64,000 bases of DNA from Myxococcota bacterium (GTDB lineage: Bacteria > Myxococcota_A > UBA9160 > UBA4427), in assembly GCA_965250285.1 (NCBI GenBank), contig OZ252299.1:4000001-4064000 (forward strand), in the 5' to 3' direction. The first letter of the stretch is position 1, and each line of letters opens with the position of its first letter. The translations under genes and the position numbers were made by a program. The notes under the pieces were generated by a model. It made no database searches, was not told the origin of the DNA, and was given only the letters and a program-made list of their open reading frames with translations. Below are positions 49,109 through 59,244 of the stretch, one piece after another.

Positions 49109-49884
49109 ATCTCGGGATCGAAGGCAAACGGGCCATCGTCTGTGCATCGAGCCGCGGGCTCGGCCGAGCCTGCGCCGAGTCGCTCGCGCGCGAGGGCGTG
49201 CACGTGGTGCTGAACGCGAGGGACGCCGACGGGCTCGAGGCGACCGCGAGCGAGCTGCGGGCGGCGTTCGGCGTCGAGGTCGACAGCGTCGCCGGCGACA
49301 TCGAAGACGAGTCGACCCGCGACGCCCTCATCGCCGCGTGCCCGGCGCCCGACATCCTCGTGAACAACAACGGCGGGCCGCCGCCAGGCGCCTTCCGCGA
49401 CTGGGATCGCGATGCCTGGATCGCCGCGCTCGACGCAAACATGCTCGCCCCGGTGCTGATGATCCGCGCCGTGCTCGACGGCATGGTCGAGCGCCGCTTC
49501 GGCCGCATCGTCAACATCACGTCGGCCATGGTGAAGACCCCGCTCGCCCCGATGGGGCTGTCGACCGGGGCGCGCACGGGGCTGACTTCGGTGGCGAAGG
49601 CGCTCTCGAAGCAGGTGGCGCACGCCAACGTGACGCTCAACAACATCCTGCCCGAACGCATCGATACCGGTCGGCAGAAGCAGATGGCCGAGCTGCGCGC
49701 CCGCATCGGCGGCGTGACGATCGAGCAGGCCTACGACGAGATGAAGGCGTCGATCGCAGCCCAGCGTCTCGGTGAACCGAACGAGGTCGGCGATGCCTGT
49801 GCCTACCTCTGCAGCGCCCAGGCCGGATTCATCTCGGGCCAGAACCTGCAGCTCGACGGCGGCAGCTACGCCGGGCTCGTTTGA
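49105..49884 (+). CDS. SDR family oxidoreductase (atypical active site)
   Basis: ASSRGLG, NNNGGPPPG, SGQNLQLDGG; S-x3-R in place of YxxxK; GTGA overlap. Confidence 0.88.
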   Translation: MNLGIEGKRAIVCASSRGLGRACAESLAREGVHVVLNARDADGLEATASELRAAFGVEVDSVAGDIEDESTRDALIAACPAPDILVNNNGGPPPGAFRDWDRDAWIAALDANMLAPVLMIRAVLDGMVERRFGRIVNITSAMVKTPLAPMGLSTGARTGLTSVAKALSKQVAHANVTLNNILPERIDTGRQKQMAELRARIGGVTIEQAYDEMKASIAAQRLGEPNEVGDACAYLCSAQAGFISGQNLQLDGGSYAGLV

Positions 49885-49895
49885 GGAGCAGACCC

Positions 49896-51593
49896 ATGAA
49901 GCGCATCGAAGTGCCGTTTCTCGTCGTCGGCGGCGGACCCGTCGGCATGCTGGCTGCGATCCACCTCGCTCGCGACGGACGCGACGTCCTCGTGATCGAG
50001 CGGCGAGGCGGCCCGCAGAAGGCACCGGCTGCCCACGTGATCAACGCGCGCACGCTCGAGATCGCGCGCCAGGCCGGGCTCGACATGCAGGCGATCGACG
50101 CCATCGCCACCGACCCGGCCGATGGCAGTCGGGTCTTCTTTCTCACGCGCCTCAACGGCGAGGTCTTCGGCGAGCTGCCCTTCGAGCAGCAGGGCGAAGA
50201 CTGCCTTCGACACACGCCGACGCCGCTGCGCAACATCTCGCAGCATCACCTCGAACCGATCCTGGTCGACGCACTCGAAGCGAGCGACCGCGCCACGCTG
50301 CGCTACGGCTGCCAGTGGGAAGACGCCGTGCAGGACGACGAAGGCGTGACGTCGACCGTGCGGGACGTCGCGACCGGTGAGACGTTCGAGATTCGCAGCC
50401 GCTGGGTGCTCGCGGCCGACGGCGCAGGCAGCCGGGTGCGCAAGTGGACGGGCATCGAGATGGAAGGCCCGCCCAGCCTGCAGACGTTCATGATGATTCA
50501 CTTCGAGGCGAACCTGCGCGAGGTCGTGAAGGATCACCCGGGCGTGCTCTACTGGGTGCTCGATCCCGAGTGCGCTGCGACCCTCGTCGCCCACGACATC
50601 GAGCGCGAGTGGGTCTGTATGGTCGGGTTCGATCCCGAGAAGGAGAGCGAAGCCGACTTCGACGAGGCGCGCTGCGAGGCGCTGGTGCAGAAGTCGATCG
50701 GCGAGGCCGTACCGCTCGAGATCCTCCACCGGGGCGCGTGGAACATGAGCTGCCAGGTGGCCCAGCGCATGCGGGATGGCCGCGTCTTTCTCGTCGGCGA
50801 CGCCGCCCACCGGTTCCCGCCCACGGGCGGGCTCGGTCTCAACTCGGGTGCACAAGAGGCCCAGGGCCTCACATGGAAGCTCGGCGCCGTCGAAGATGGC
50901 TGGGCCGATGCGGCCCTGCTCGATACGTACGAGATCGAGCGGCGCCCGGTCGCCCAGCACAACGCAGAGCAGAGCCTGAAGAACGCCTCGAAGCTCTTCA
51001 TGATCCACCAGGCGCTCGGCGTCGATGTCGAGCCGACCACCGCGAAGATGCAGGCGACCCTCGCCGACGCGGACGGGCGGCGCCGCGTCGAGGAGGCCAC
51101 CGCAGCCCAGGCCGAGCACTTCGACATGCTCGGTCTGCAGATCGGCTTCGCCTACGAGGCGGGGGCGCTCGTGCCCGATGGCAGCGAAGCGCCCGAGGTC
51201 GAAAACCCGGTGCGCGAGTACGTCGCGTCGAGTCGTCCGGGCGCGCGGCTGCCGCACGCGTGGATCGAGCACGGCGGCGAGACCGCCTCGACGCTCGACC
51301 TGGTGGCCTCGGGCGGCCTCACCCTGCTCAGCCAGGGCGAGCACGAGGCATGGTCGAGCGCGCTGAAGCAGGTCGACGGCGTGCCCGTGCGCCACGTGCG
51401 ATGCGGGGTCGACTTCGACGACCCGAGCGGCCACTGGTCGAGCGTATGCGGCCTCGAATCGAACGGAGCGCTGCTGGTGCGCCCCGACCAGCACGTCGGC
51501 TGGCGCGCAACCCGTCTGACGGCCGATGCGCCCCAGGCCCTCGAGCGGGCGATCGACGCCGTGCGTGGCGTCGCATCCCCCGGGTCGGAGTGA
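49896..51593 (+). CDS. FAD-dependent aromatic monooxygenase (PheA/TfdB-like)
   Basis: VVGGGPVG, AADGAGS.VR, GDAAHRFPPTGGLGLNSG, PGARLPHAW, LVRPDQHVGWR. Confidence 0.9.
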   Translation: MKRIEVPFLVVGGGPVGMLAAIHLARDGRDVLVIERRGGPQKAPAAHVINARTLEIARQAGLDMQAIDAIATDPADGSRVFFLTRLNGEVFGELPFEQQGEDCLRHTPTPLRNISQHHLEPILVDALEASDRATLRYGCQWEDAVQDDEGVTSTVRDVATGETFEIRSRWVLAADGAGSRVRKWTGIEMEGPPSLQTFMMIHFEANLREVVKDHPGVLYWVLDPECAATLVAHDIEREWVCMVGFDPEKESEADFDEARCEALVQKSIGEAVPLEILHRGAWNMSCQVAQRMRDGRVFLVGDAAHRFPPTGGLGLNSGAQEAQGLTWKLGAVEDGWADAALLDTYEIERRPVAQHNAEQSLKNASKLFMIHQALGVDVEPTTAKMQATLADADGRRRVEEATAAQAEHFDMLGLQIGFAYEAGALVPDGSEAPEVENPVREYVASSRPGARLPHAWIEHGGETASTLDLVASGGLTLLSQGEHEAWSSALKQVDGVPVRHVRCGVDFDDPSGHWSSVCGLESNGALLVRPDQHVGWRATRLTADAPQALERAIDAVRGVASPGSE

Positions 51594-51598
51594 ACCCG

Positions 51599-52663
51599 AT
51601 GCGAAGCTTCGTACTCGCCCTGGTCGGGGTCGTCGTCGTGGCGGGCGTTGCGCTCGTCGTCGCAACCGATCGACTCGCGCAGCCGAAGTTCGACGACCGG
51701 CTCGAGCACGATCCGATCGCCGAGATCGAGATCGCTCCGCTCGGCGAGGCGCTCACGTTCGCGCGACGCATCGCACCCGAGCCTGCGGTGCTCATCGTGA
51801 CCGAGGCCGGGCCCGACGGCCTGCGCGCCGTCGATCTCGGGGCCGCGCTCGACCGCGAGTTCGACGACGCCATCGAGGCCATCGGCACCGTCGGAACCGA
51901 AGCGATCGCGCGCGTGGCTCGCGAGGGCGAGGCGATCACGGTCGAGTACGCGAGCCTGGGCCTGCCCTTCGAAGCGGGCGCCCGGCACGTCGCGGCGGGC
52001 ACCAACTACCGCGCGCACGCCGAAGAAGTCGGCGTCGACGACGGCCCCTTCCTGTTCCCGAAGCTCACGGCGCCCACGTCGTGGAATGCGGACGTCCCCG
52101 ACCGAGACCGCCTCGATCACGAGATCGAGATCTGCACGGTCACGCTCGAGCGGGGCGATGACGCGTCGCCCGCGCCGGTCGGGTTCTCTCTGTGCAACGA
52201 CTTCACCGATCGCTGGACACTGCTTCGACAGATCGACTTCGACCAGCCGATGGGCGTGACGGGGTTTCCCGACGCCAAGGGCGGCCCGGGCATGCTGCCG
52301 ATCGGTCCGCTCCTCGTCGTGCCGCACGACCAAGAACGCTTCCACGACGACCTCGAGCTGTCGCTCTACGTGAACGGCGCGCTCCGGCAACAGGCCCGGG
52401 GCGGCTGGATGGTCTGGTCTCCCGACGAGATCACGAGGCAGGCCAACGCGCACTGCGACGTCGACTATCAGGCCGAGGTGGGTGCGGTGCGCCTTCCGAC
52501 GTGTGACGGAATGCCCGCGCGCACGATCGTCCTCACCGGCACGCCGGCCGGCGTGATGTTTCACCCGGCGACGGTGTGGAGCAAGGCCGCCTATCTGCAG
52601 CCGGGCGACGAGGTGATCGCCGTGGCCACGCATCTCGGCGTGCTGCGCAACGTCGTACGCTGA
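51599..52663 (+). CDS. Fumarylacetoacetate hydrolase-family protein with N-terminal signal/anchor
   Basis: GTNYRAHAEE, FPK, DHEIE, NDFTDR, LTGTPAGV, LQPGD. Confidence 0.85.
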   Translation: MRSFVLALVGVVVVAGVALVVATDRLAQPKFDDRLEHDPIAEIEIAPLGEALTFARRIAPEPAVLIVTEAGPDGLRAVDLGAALDREFDDAIEAIGTVGTEAIARVAREGEAITVEYASLGLPFEAGARHVAAGTNYRAHAEEVGVDDGPFLFPKLTAPTSWNADVPDRDRLDHEIEICTVTLERGDDASPAPVGFSLCNDFTDRWTLLRQIDFDQPMGVTGFPDAKGGPGMLPIGPLLVVPHDQERFHDDLELSLYVNGALRQQARGGWMVWSPDEITRQANAHCDVDYQAEVGAVRLPTCDGMPARTIVLTGTPAGVMFHPATVWSKAAYLQPGDEVIAVATHLGVLRNVVR

Positions 52664-52712
52664 CCGGACCCCGCACGAAAGTCCCGCACGCAGCCGTGCG
52701 GCGCCGCACCGC

Positions 52713-53183
52713 CTAGTGCACGTGCCCGAACCGGCCGTGCATCGAGCCACCGAGCAACGAGCGAAAGGCTTCGCCGCTCACGTGGACGAGCCCTTCGTGG
52801 TCGCCCGCCTCGAAGTACACGTCGGGCAGCCGGAGCAGGCTGTCATCGACCGCGAGCGGGATCGCGTGGGTCGCACCGACCGGCGGCACCGCGCCGCGCT
52901 CGCAATCCTGATAGATGTCTTCGAGCTCGGCCTCGCTCGCCAGCTCGAAGTGACGGCCGAGCGCGGCGTCGAGCGCATCGATCGACAGCCGGCACGAGGC
53001 GGGCAGGATCGCGAGCACGTAGCCCCGCTCGTCCTCCAAGAGCACGCACTTGGCCACGCGGCCGCTCGGCACGTGCGCCGCCTGGGCGCTCGCCCGGCTG
53101 GTCCACGTATGGCTGTGGTGGATGATCTCGTAGTCGACGTCGTGCGAGTCGAGCACCCACTTGAGGCGTCGGGCGATGGTCAT
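52713..53183 (-). CDS. YbaK/ProXp-family aminoacyl-tRNA deacylase
   Basis: VAKCVLL, LASE.E...DCERGAVPP, VYFEAGDH. Confidence 0.88.
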   Translation of the reverse strand: MTIARRLKWVLDSHDVDYEIIHHSHTWTSRASAQAAHVPSGRVAKCVLLEDERGYVLAILPASCRLSIDALDAALGRHFELASEAELEDIYQDCERGAVPPVGATHAIPLAVDDSLLRLPDVYFEAGDHEGLVHVSGEAFRSLLGGSMHGRFGHVH

Positions 53184-53412
53184 CGGGTGTCCTCCCTGTG
53201 GCCCGGTTCGATCGGCGGACCGAGACGGCTTGCAGGGCGGAGCGGTTGCGGATGACACCAGGCGCAGCGACGGCGGGGGCCACGGTCGACCGGGCTCTCG
53301 ACCCGATTCTGCACCGGGGCCGCCGCGTTGGAAAGGCGAATCGCCCGCGATTCGGCGCGGGGACCAGAGCGAGCACGCCCGCGGGCATCCTCTTCAGTAC
53401 CGACCGAGGGGC

Positions 53413-54171
53413 CTACTGATAGCGGGCGAGGGTCGCGTAGAGGCGTCGCCGGCCCGACGCCCGGTGTCGCACCTCGGTGTCGAGGTGTTCGATCACCTCT
53501 CGAAAGACAGCGTGCGCATCGGTCTCGACGAGCGTCCCGTGCGCCATCAGGATCCGCTCGAAGGGCCAGGCCGCGATCTCGTCGAGTCGAGCACGCGCCG
53601 CGTCGGGGTCGTCGGTGTAGAGCCTGAACTCGGGGGACGGCAACGCCCGCCCGAGCACCCCGCCGAGCCGGGCGAGCGTGCGCGCCACCTGCCCGGGCAC
53701 CGTCTCGGCCGCGATCGTCTCGACGAGATCGGCCACGATCAGCGTGCGCGATGCGCGGTGAAGGCAGACGACCTCAGAGAAGAAGCAGTTGCCTACGGTC
53801 GCTCGCTGATCGATCGCATCGGCCCAAGCCGGCTCGGGCGCATTGCCCAGAACGCCGGTGAACGACAGATCGGAGCGCCGCTCGGGCAGCCCCGGGGACG
53901 CCCATATCTCGGCCTTTGGATACCGCGCGCGAAAGCTCGAGAGGCCCTGGTTGTGGATCTTATTCGGTGAGAGCACCCAGGTCACGTCCCCCAGCGCGTC
54001 GAGCGCGCGGGCAAGCGGCTCGCTCATCGGCAGCGGCGAATAGACCCAGAGCCTTCGACCGGCGAGTCGCGCCACGACCATCCGGGTCTGCAGTCGGGCG
54101 CCGTAGAAGCGCACCTCGTCTTCGACGTAGAAGAGATCCTCGTGGAGCGCCTTCCACCCCGGCTCCGTCAC
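53413..54171 (-). CDS. DUF4336-family (metallo-beta-lactamase-like) protein
   Basis: TRMVVARL...LWVYSP, SPNKIH, EVV.LH..SRTLIVADL, W.FERILMAHG. Confidence 0.8.
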   Translation of the reverse strand: MTEPGWKALHEDLFYVEDEVRFYGARLQTRMVVARLAGRRLWVYSPLPMSEPLARALDALGDVTWVLSPNKIHNQGLSSFRARYPKAEIWASPGLPERRSDLSFTGVLGNAPEPAWADAIDQRATVGNCFFSEVVCLHRASRTLIVADLVETIAAETVPGQVARTLARLGGVLGRALPSPEFRLYTDDPDAARARLDEIAAWPFERILMAHGTLVETDAHAVFREVIEHLDTEVRHRASGRRRLYATLARYQ

Positions 54172-54191
54172 GACGCCTCCTCGAAGCTCGG

Positions 54192-56792
54192 TCAGCGACG
54201 CTCGTCGATCGCGCGCCGCAGCGTCGACACCAGGTCGCTCGAGCTGAACGGCTTCTGGATGAACGCGTCGGGCTGCTCGGCTCCGAGTTGGGCACTCGCC
54301 TCTTCGGCCGAGTAGCCGCTCGACAGGATGATCGGCACGACGGCGCCCGCCTCGCGAAGCGCTCGCAGTGTCTCGCGCCCACCCTGCTCGGGCATCGTCA
54401 TGTCGAGGATCACGGCAACGAAGTCGCCCTGCCGTTCGGCCCAACGCTCGAGCGCCTCGCGCCCATGCGCGGCCGGGACGACCGCGTAGCCGGCACGCTC
54501 GAGCGTGCGCGTCAGGACGCGGAGAACGGGCGGTTCGTCGTCGGCGATCAGCACGGTGCCCGTCCCGAGCACGGAGGCGTCGCCTTCGATTGCGCTCGCC
54601 AGCGCGCTCGGTCGAGCCAGTGCCTGGGGCGCCGGCGGGAGCACGAAGCGAATCGTCGTGCCCCGCCCCGGGGCCGAATCGACGTCGATCGCGCCCTGGT
54701 GGGCGCGCGCGATGCCGAGCACCGCCGAAAGCCCGAGGCCGCGGCCGGTGAACTTCGTCGTGAAGAACGGGTCGAAGATGCGCCCCGCGGTCTCGACATC
54801 CATCCCCGCGCCGGTGTCGGAGACCTCGAGGCAGACGTAGCGCCCCGGCTCGATGGTGTCGCCGAGCTGGTAGCGGCCGAGCACGTCGCGACCGATCTCG
54901 AGCTCGCGGGTCGCGACGCGGATCGTGCCGCCCTCCCCCTTCAGCGCGTCGGATGCGTTCGTGATCAGGTTCATGATGACCTGTCGAATCTGCGCCGAGT
55001 CGCCCTCGACGAGCGGGACGGGCTGCAGGTCGAGCTCGATGCTCGCCTTCTTCGAGATGACGGCGTGCAGCAGCTGTCTCGTTTCGTCGGCCAGGTGCGC
55101 GAGGTCGATCGGCGAGAGTACGAACCGGCTGCGGCCCGAGTAGGCGAGCATCTGATTGGTCAGCTCGGCCGCGCGACGCGAAGACTCGAGGATGTCCGAG
55201 ACGAGGCCGTGGAGCGACGAATCGGACGGCACGCTGGCGAGCGCCAGGTCGGCGTTGCCGAGGATCCCGACCAGCAGATTGTTGAAGTCGTGCGCGATGC
55301 CGCCGGCGAGGATGCCCAGGCTCTCCATCTTCTGTGCCTGCAGCATCTGGCGCTCGAGCTGATGTCGCTCGCGCTCGGCGACCCGCTCGGCGGTCACGTC
55401 GAAGAAGCTGAAGACGCGCCCGACGACGGCGTCGTCGAGGACGAGGGGCCGGGAGGCGCGCTCGATGACGCGGCCGTCGTGCAGCAGCATCTCGCGTCGA
55501 CTCGAATCGCTCGACGCCTCACCGAGCGACGTCAACTCGGCGCGGAACGCGTCTGCATCCGAAGTCTGTTCGAGCACGGGCTCGAGACCCTCGCCTTCGG
55601 TCGTCGACCAGAGGTCGAGGAACGCCCGGTTCGAGTAGATCGTCTCGCCCTTCGAGTCGACGACGAGCATGCCCTGCTCGGCCGAGCCGAGGATGGCTTC
55701 GAGCACCGTCGCCTGCTCGCGCACCTGCTCGCGCGCCTGGAACAGCGCCGATACGTCGCGCAGTCGCAGGCCCGTCCCGAGCCAACGGCCGCTGCGATCG
55801 GGGATCGGGATCACGTGCAACTCGACCCGTCGAGCGGGGTCGGCCGTGAGTCGATAGAGCGTGCCGCTCGCAGATCGTGCGCGACCGCCGATCTCGCGTT
55901 CGAGATCGCGCGCCGAGACACGATCGCCGCCGGGCTCGGCTCGCAGGTGCTGGGCCAGCAGCTCGAACACCTCGAGGTTCGGCGCGAGCACGCTCCCGTC
56001 AAAGAGCCGTTCGGCGGCCGGGTTCGAGTGGAGCAGCCGGTTCGCGCGATCCATGACCAGCATGCCGTCCTGCTCGTGCTCGATCAGGTGATGCATCGAG
56101 ATCGAGCTCAATGCGAACAGCCGGTCGCGATAGATCCCGGTGAAGAAGAGCGCCATAGAAACGCCCAGGCCGGCCGACGTGAGGTCGCCGACGCCGTCAC
56201 CGAGCAGCCCCGAGATCCACGAGAAGTTGAAGAGCACGGGCGTGATCGACGCGACCGTCATGATCGCGAGCTGCTCGCGCACGAGCCGGTCGGTCGACCG
56301 CGCGCGCAGCCACAGGAAGAGGCCACAGAGCGCAACGAGCAAGACATAGTTGACGACCGTCTGGGCGTACCAGATCGCGTGGAAGTCGTTGCGCGCATCG
56401 AGATGCGGGGTGATGAAGGCGCCGTGCCAGCCATGGGTCAGCATGGCGATCCAGAACGCACCCGACAGCGCCAGCGGCCCCCACTGCAGCACGGCCCACT
56501 TCGGCGGCAGCCGCACGCCGTGCATCTCGGCGAATCGCAGCCCGAAGAACCACCACGTCGCCGGGAGCCAGAGCAAGCCCGTGTAGTGCACGGCGAGCCA
56601 GCGCGAGTACGCGAGCTCGCTGTCGGCGACGTAGTTGGCCACCACGGCACCGAGCGTGAGCACGAAGCCGAGGGCGCCGACGAAGAAGAGGCTCGGCCAG
56701 AGCGGCGCCGGCGGTCGGCGGACGAGCACCATCGCCGCGAGCGCGGCGGTGAGGAGCACGGAGAGCCAGCTGACGAGCTCGGAGAGGATCAA
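54192..56792 (-). CDS. Hybrid sensor histidine kinase (7TM sensor - PAS - PAS - kinase - receiver)
   Basis: QKMESLGILAGGIAHDFNNLL, NLITNASDA, DTGAGM, FDPFFTTKFTGRGLGL, receiver ADDE...LDMTMP...KPF. Confidence 0.93.
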   Translation of the reverse strand: MILSELVSWLSVLLTAALAAMVLVRRPPAPLWPSLFFVGALGFVLTLGAVVANYVADSELAYSRWLAVHYTGLLWLPATWWFFGLRFAEMHGVRLPPKWAVLQWGPLALSGAFWIAMLTHGWHGAFITPHLDARNDFHAIWYAQTVVNYVLLVALCGLFLWLRARSTDRLVREQLAIMTVASITPVLFNFSWISGLLGDGVGDLTSAGLGVSMALFFTGIYRDRLFALSSISMHHLIEHEQDGMLVMDRANRLLHSNPAAERLFDGSVLAPNLEVFELLAQHLRAEPGGDRVSARDLEREIGGRARSASGTLYRLTADPARRVELHVIPIPDRSGRWLGTGLRLRDVSALFQAREQVREQATVLEAILGSAEQGMLVVDSKGETIYSNRAFLDLWSTTEGEGLEPVLEQTSDADAFRAELTSLGEASSDSSRREMLLHDGRVIERASRPLVLDDAVVGRVFSFFDVTAERVAERERHQLERQMLQAQKMESLGILAGGIAHDFNNLLVGILGNADLALASVPSDSSLHGLVSDILESSRRAAELTNQMLAYSGRSRFVLSPIDLAHLADETRQLLHAVISKKASIELDLQPVPLVEGDSAQIRQVIMNLITNASDALKGEGGTIRVATRELEIGRDVLGRYQLGDTIEPGRYVCLEVSDTGAGMDVETAGRIFDPFFTTKFTGRGLGLSAVLGIARAHQGAIDVDSAPGRGTTIRFVLPPAPQALARPSALASAIEGDASVLGTGTVLIADDEPPVLRVLTRTLERAGYAVVPAAHGREALERWAERQGDFVAVILDMTMPEQGGRETLRALREAGAVVPIILSSGYSAEEASAQLGAEQPDAFIQKPFSSSDLVSTLRRAIDERR

Positions 56793-57056
56793 GATCGCGC
56801 CATCGCTTCGGATCGAACCCGGGGGACCGGTGCTTCGAGGCGCGGGCCGCGTTGCGGGACGGCCGCCGCCCGCGTTCCGGGACCACCCCGGTCCGAGTGA
56901 TATAGCACCCGGCGGGTCTTCTCTGGGCCCTCGTCTGCCCGCAGCGGCCTGTGTGCGCCCTCACCCCGTCGCTGCGCGGCTCGGGTCGGCGCTCAATGAA
57001 GCGACCGCGACCGCCGATGGATAGGAGCAGGATCTCGTACGGATCGAGGAGTCGAC

Positions 57057-57485
57057 ATGCCCCGCTTCATCCACGCCGCGACGTTCTCGGTCGTCGCCAT
57101 CCTCGCCGCCTGCCTGTTCGGGCTCGTCGCCGCTTCGTCGGTGCTCGCCGACCCCGGGCCGGCGTCGATCGCGAAGCCGTCGGCGCTGACCCCGCCCGCT
57201 GCCGACGCACCCCAGCTCGAGCACGCCGAGTACTGGCGCGCCCGCGCGGCCGCCGAGTGGGCCAAGGTCGAGGATGCGCGCGCGCGTCTCGATCGCGCCA
57301 ACGGCGCCGTGAACCGCATGCGCCGCCGCAATCATCCGCGCGGCGACGCGCGCGCCGCGCTGCAACAAGAGCAGCGCGACGCCCAGGCCGATTGGGAAGC
57401 GGCGGTCGAGGCGGCCGAGGTCGACCTCGCGGCCGAAGCGGCCGCGGCCGGCGCCGATCCGCGCTGGATCCGCAAGCCTTCCTGA
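57057..57485 (+). CDS. Secreted helical hypothetical protein
   Basis: Signal peptide, Ala-rich coiled coil, GAGGAG SD. Confidence 0.65.
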   Translation: MPRFIHAATFSVVAILAACLFGLVAASSVLADPGPASIAKPSALTPPAADAPQLEHAEYWRARAAAEWAKVEDARARLDRANGAVNRMRRRNHPRGDARAALQQEQRDAQADWEAAVEAAEVDLAAEAAAAGADPRWIRKPS

Positions 57486-57521
57486 TCTCGAAGCAGGACC
57501 GACCGGCCCGGTTCCCGAGCT

Positions 57522-57578
57522 CGAAACGCGAAACGGCGGCGGGGCCCAGGGCCTCCGCCGCCGTTTGCATTCGTTTCG
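57522..57578. terminator. Probable bidirectional intrinsic terminator
   Basis: AAACGGCGGCGG...CCGCCGCCGTTT stem (57531-57566), extended by CGAAACG/CGTTTCG, between convergent genes. Confidence 0.65.
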
Positions 57579-57596
57579 TCGTGTGCGACGCGCCGG

Positions 57597-58109
57597 CTAG
57601 AGGTCCTCGCCCTGGTTGTTCAGGCGCTCGATCTCGGCCAGCTCCTCTTCGGTGATCGGCAGATAGATCGTCGTCACCTTGTGCGGCGCCTTCTTGTCGC
57701 TGCCGGGCGGCTGGCGGAGCAGCACGACGACGGTCTCGCCCGAGTCGATGAGCTTCTGCAGCTCCTGCGGCACCCAGGTCTTGTCATCGATGTCGTTCAG
57801 CATCTTGCCGCTGAAGTTCGCGCGCACCTGCGTGATGCTCATTCGGCCACCGCTCACGTTGACCGGGAAGTCGCCCTGCGCGAGCACCCTCGACTTGCAC
57901 TTGGCGGGGATCTTCGACGCGGACGGGGCACCATCGGTCTTCGGGAAGAACTTGGACTGGCTGCCCTTCATCTTCTCGAGCGTGACCGACTTGTTCGCAT
58001 CGTCGTAGCCGGTGATCTTCGCGAAGGCGGAGCAGCTCTTGCCCGCGTGGGCACTGCCCGCCGCAAAGAGAACGCCTGCCGCGGCGAGAACCATGATGAG
58101 AGATCGCAT
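57597..58109 (-). CDS. Secreted hypothetical protein
   Basis: Signal peptide ending AHA, two Cys, AGGAGG SD, strong codon bias. Confidence 0.75.
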   Translation of the reverse strand: MRSLIMVLAAAGVLFAAGSAHAGKSCSAFAKITGYDDANKSVTLEKMKGSQSKFFPKTDGAPSASKIPAKCKSRVLAQGDFPVNVSGGRMSITQVRANFSGKMLNDIDDKTWVPQELQKLIDSGETVVVLLRQPPGSDKKAPHKVTTIYLPITEEELAEIERLNNQGEDL

Positions 58110-58377
58110 GTTTTCCTCCTGGATCGCGGGGCCTGGAATCTAGCCGGGGGTTGGGCGCCTGCACCCCAAAAAAGAGGGGCCCCGGCCCGAGCGGCCCGCC
58201 CCCCTGGCGGGTGCCCGAAAAACGACCGGATTCCGGGCACATGGCCCTCTCCGATCTCGTCTCTCGACCCCTGCCGCCGCGCGCCGGTTCGGCGACAGCG
58301 CGAATTCCGGCAGCATCGCCACGATTCGCGGCACCCGCGCGCGGGATGCCCCGCGCCGCTCCCTCACCGGGCGGCGG

Positions 58378-59244
58378 TCACGCTCGCAGCAGCCGCTTCG
58401 GATCTCGGCCGTCGACGAAGCCGATGAACGGGAACTGCATGCTGTAGCCGAGGAGCGATTGGATCGTGTCACTGCACTGCCGTGCGCGGTCACGCGAGAT
58501 CGCGAGGCTGTAGTTCTCCTGCTGCCGCGCCCACGGTTCACAGTACTGGGTGGTGGCGGCCAGGCGGGGGGCATCGGTGCGATTCGCACCCGCGCAGTGC
58601 CAGAGCGTGCCGACGAAGAACACGGCGGAGCCGGCGGGCATGACGGCGGGGACCATCTGGTCGACGTCGATGTCCGCCGACGCGACGTCGCCCCAGCGAT
58701 GACTGCCCGGATACACGAGCGTCGCGCCGTTGTCGGCGGTGAAGTCGTCGAGCGCCCAGATCAACGCCGCACCCACCGGAGGGCGGGGCCTCGGGATCGG
58801 ATAGAAGCCATCGTCGTGATGCAGCGGCTGCCGCACCTCGCCCGGCCCGACGTCGATGACCTGGAGCTGCGAGAGCAGATAGCTCGGCATCAAGATCTGG
58901 TCGAGCAGGGCGAGCACGAGCGGATGCTCGACGATCGGATTGCACGAGAGCGTCTTCTCGATCACCGAGTAGATGCGACGCGTCTTGAAGCCTTCGAATT
59001 CGTTGCGGCCGTCGAAGTCGAGAAAGGGGCGCGACTCGGTGCGAATGCGGTCGATCGCCTCGGCATCGATCAGGTCGCGGATGATGACGAAGCCGTGCTC
59101 GTCCACCTCGTCGAGCAACGACCGAACGCGATCGGCGTCGACGCCGTGCCGCTCGGCCGAAGCCGCCAGCGCCGCCTGCTGCTCGGCCACGATCTCGGGC
59201 CGGATCGACCCGTCCGCATTGATGTAGGCCCGTTTCCCGATCAT
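58378..59244 (-). CDS. PhyH-family Fe(II)/2-oxoglutarate dioxygenase
   Basis: QPLHHDD, WALDDFTADNGAT..PGSH, MPAGS...TLWH, QQEN. Confidence 0.9.
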   Translation of the reverse strand: MIGKRAYINADGSIRPEIVAEQQAALAASAERHGVDADRVRSLLDEVDEHGFVIIRDLIDAEAIDRIRTESRPFLDFDGRNEFEGFKTRRIYSVIEKTLSCNPIVEHPLVLALLDQILMPSYLLSQLQVIDVGPGEVRQPLHHDDGFYPIPRPRPPVGAALIWALDDFTADNGATLVYPGSHRWGDVASADIDVDQMVPAVMPAGSAVFFVGTLWHCAGANRTDAPRLAATTQYCEPWARQQENYSLAISRDRARQCSDTIQSLLGYSMQFPFIGFVDGRDPKRLLRA

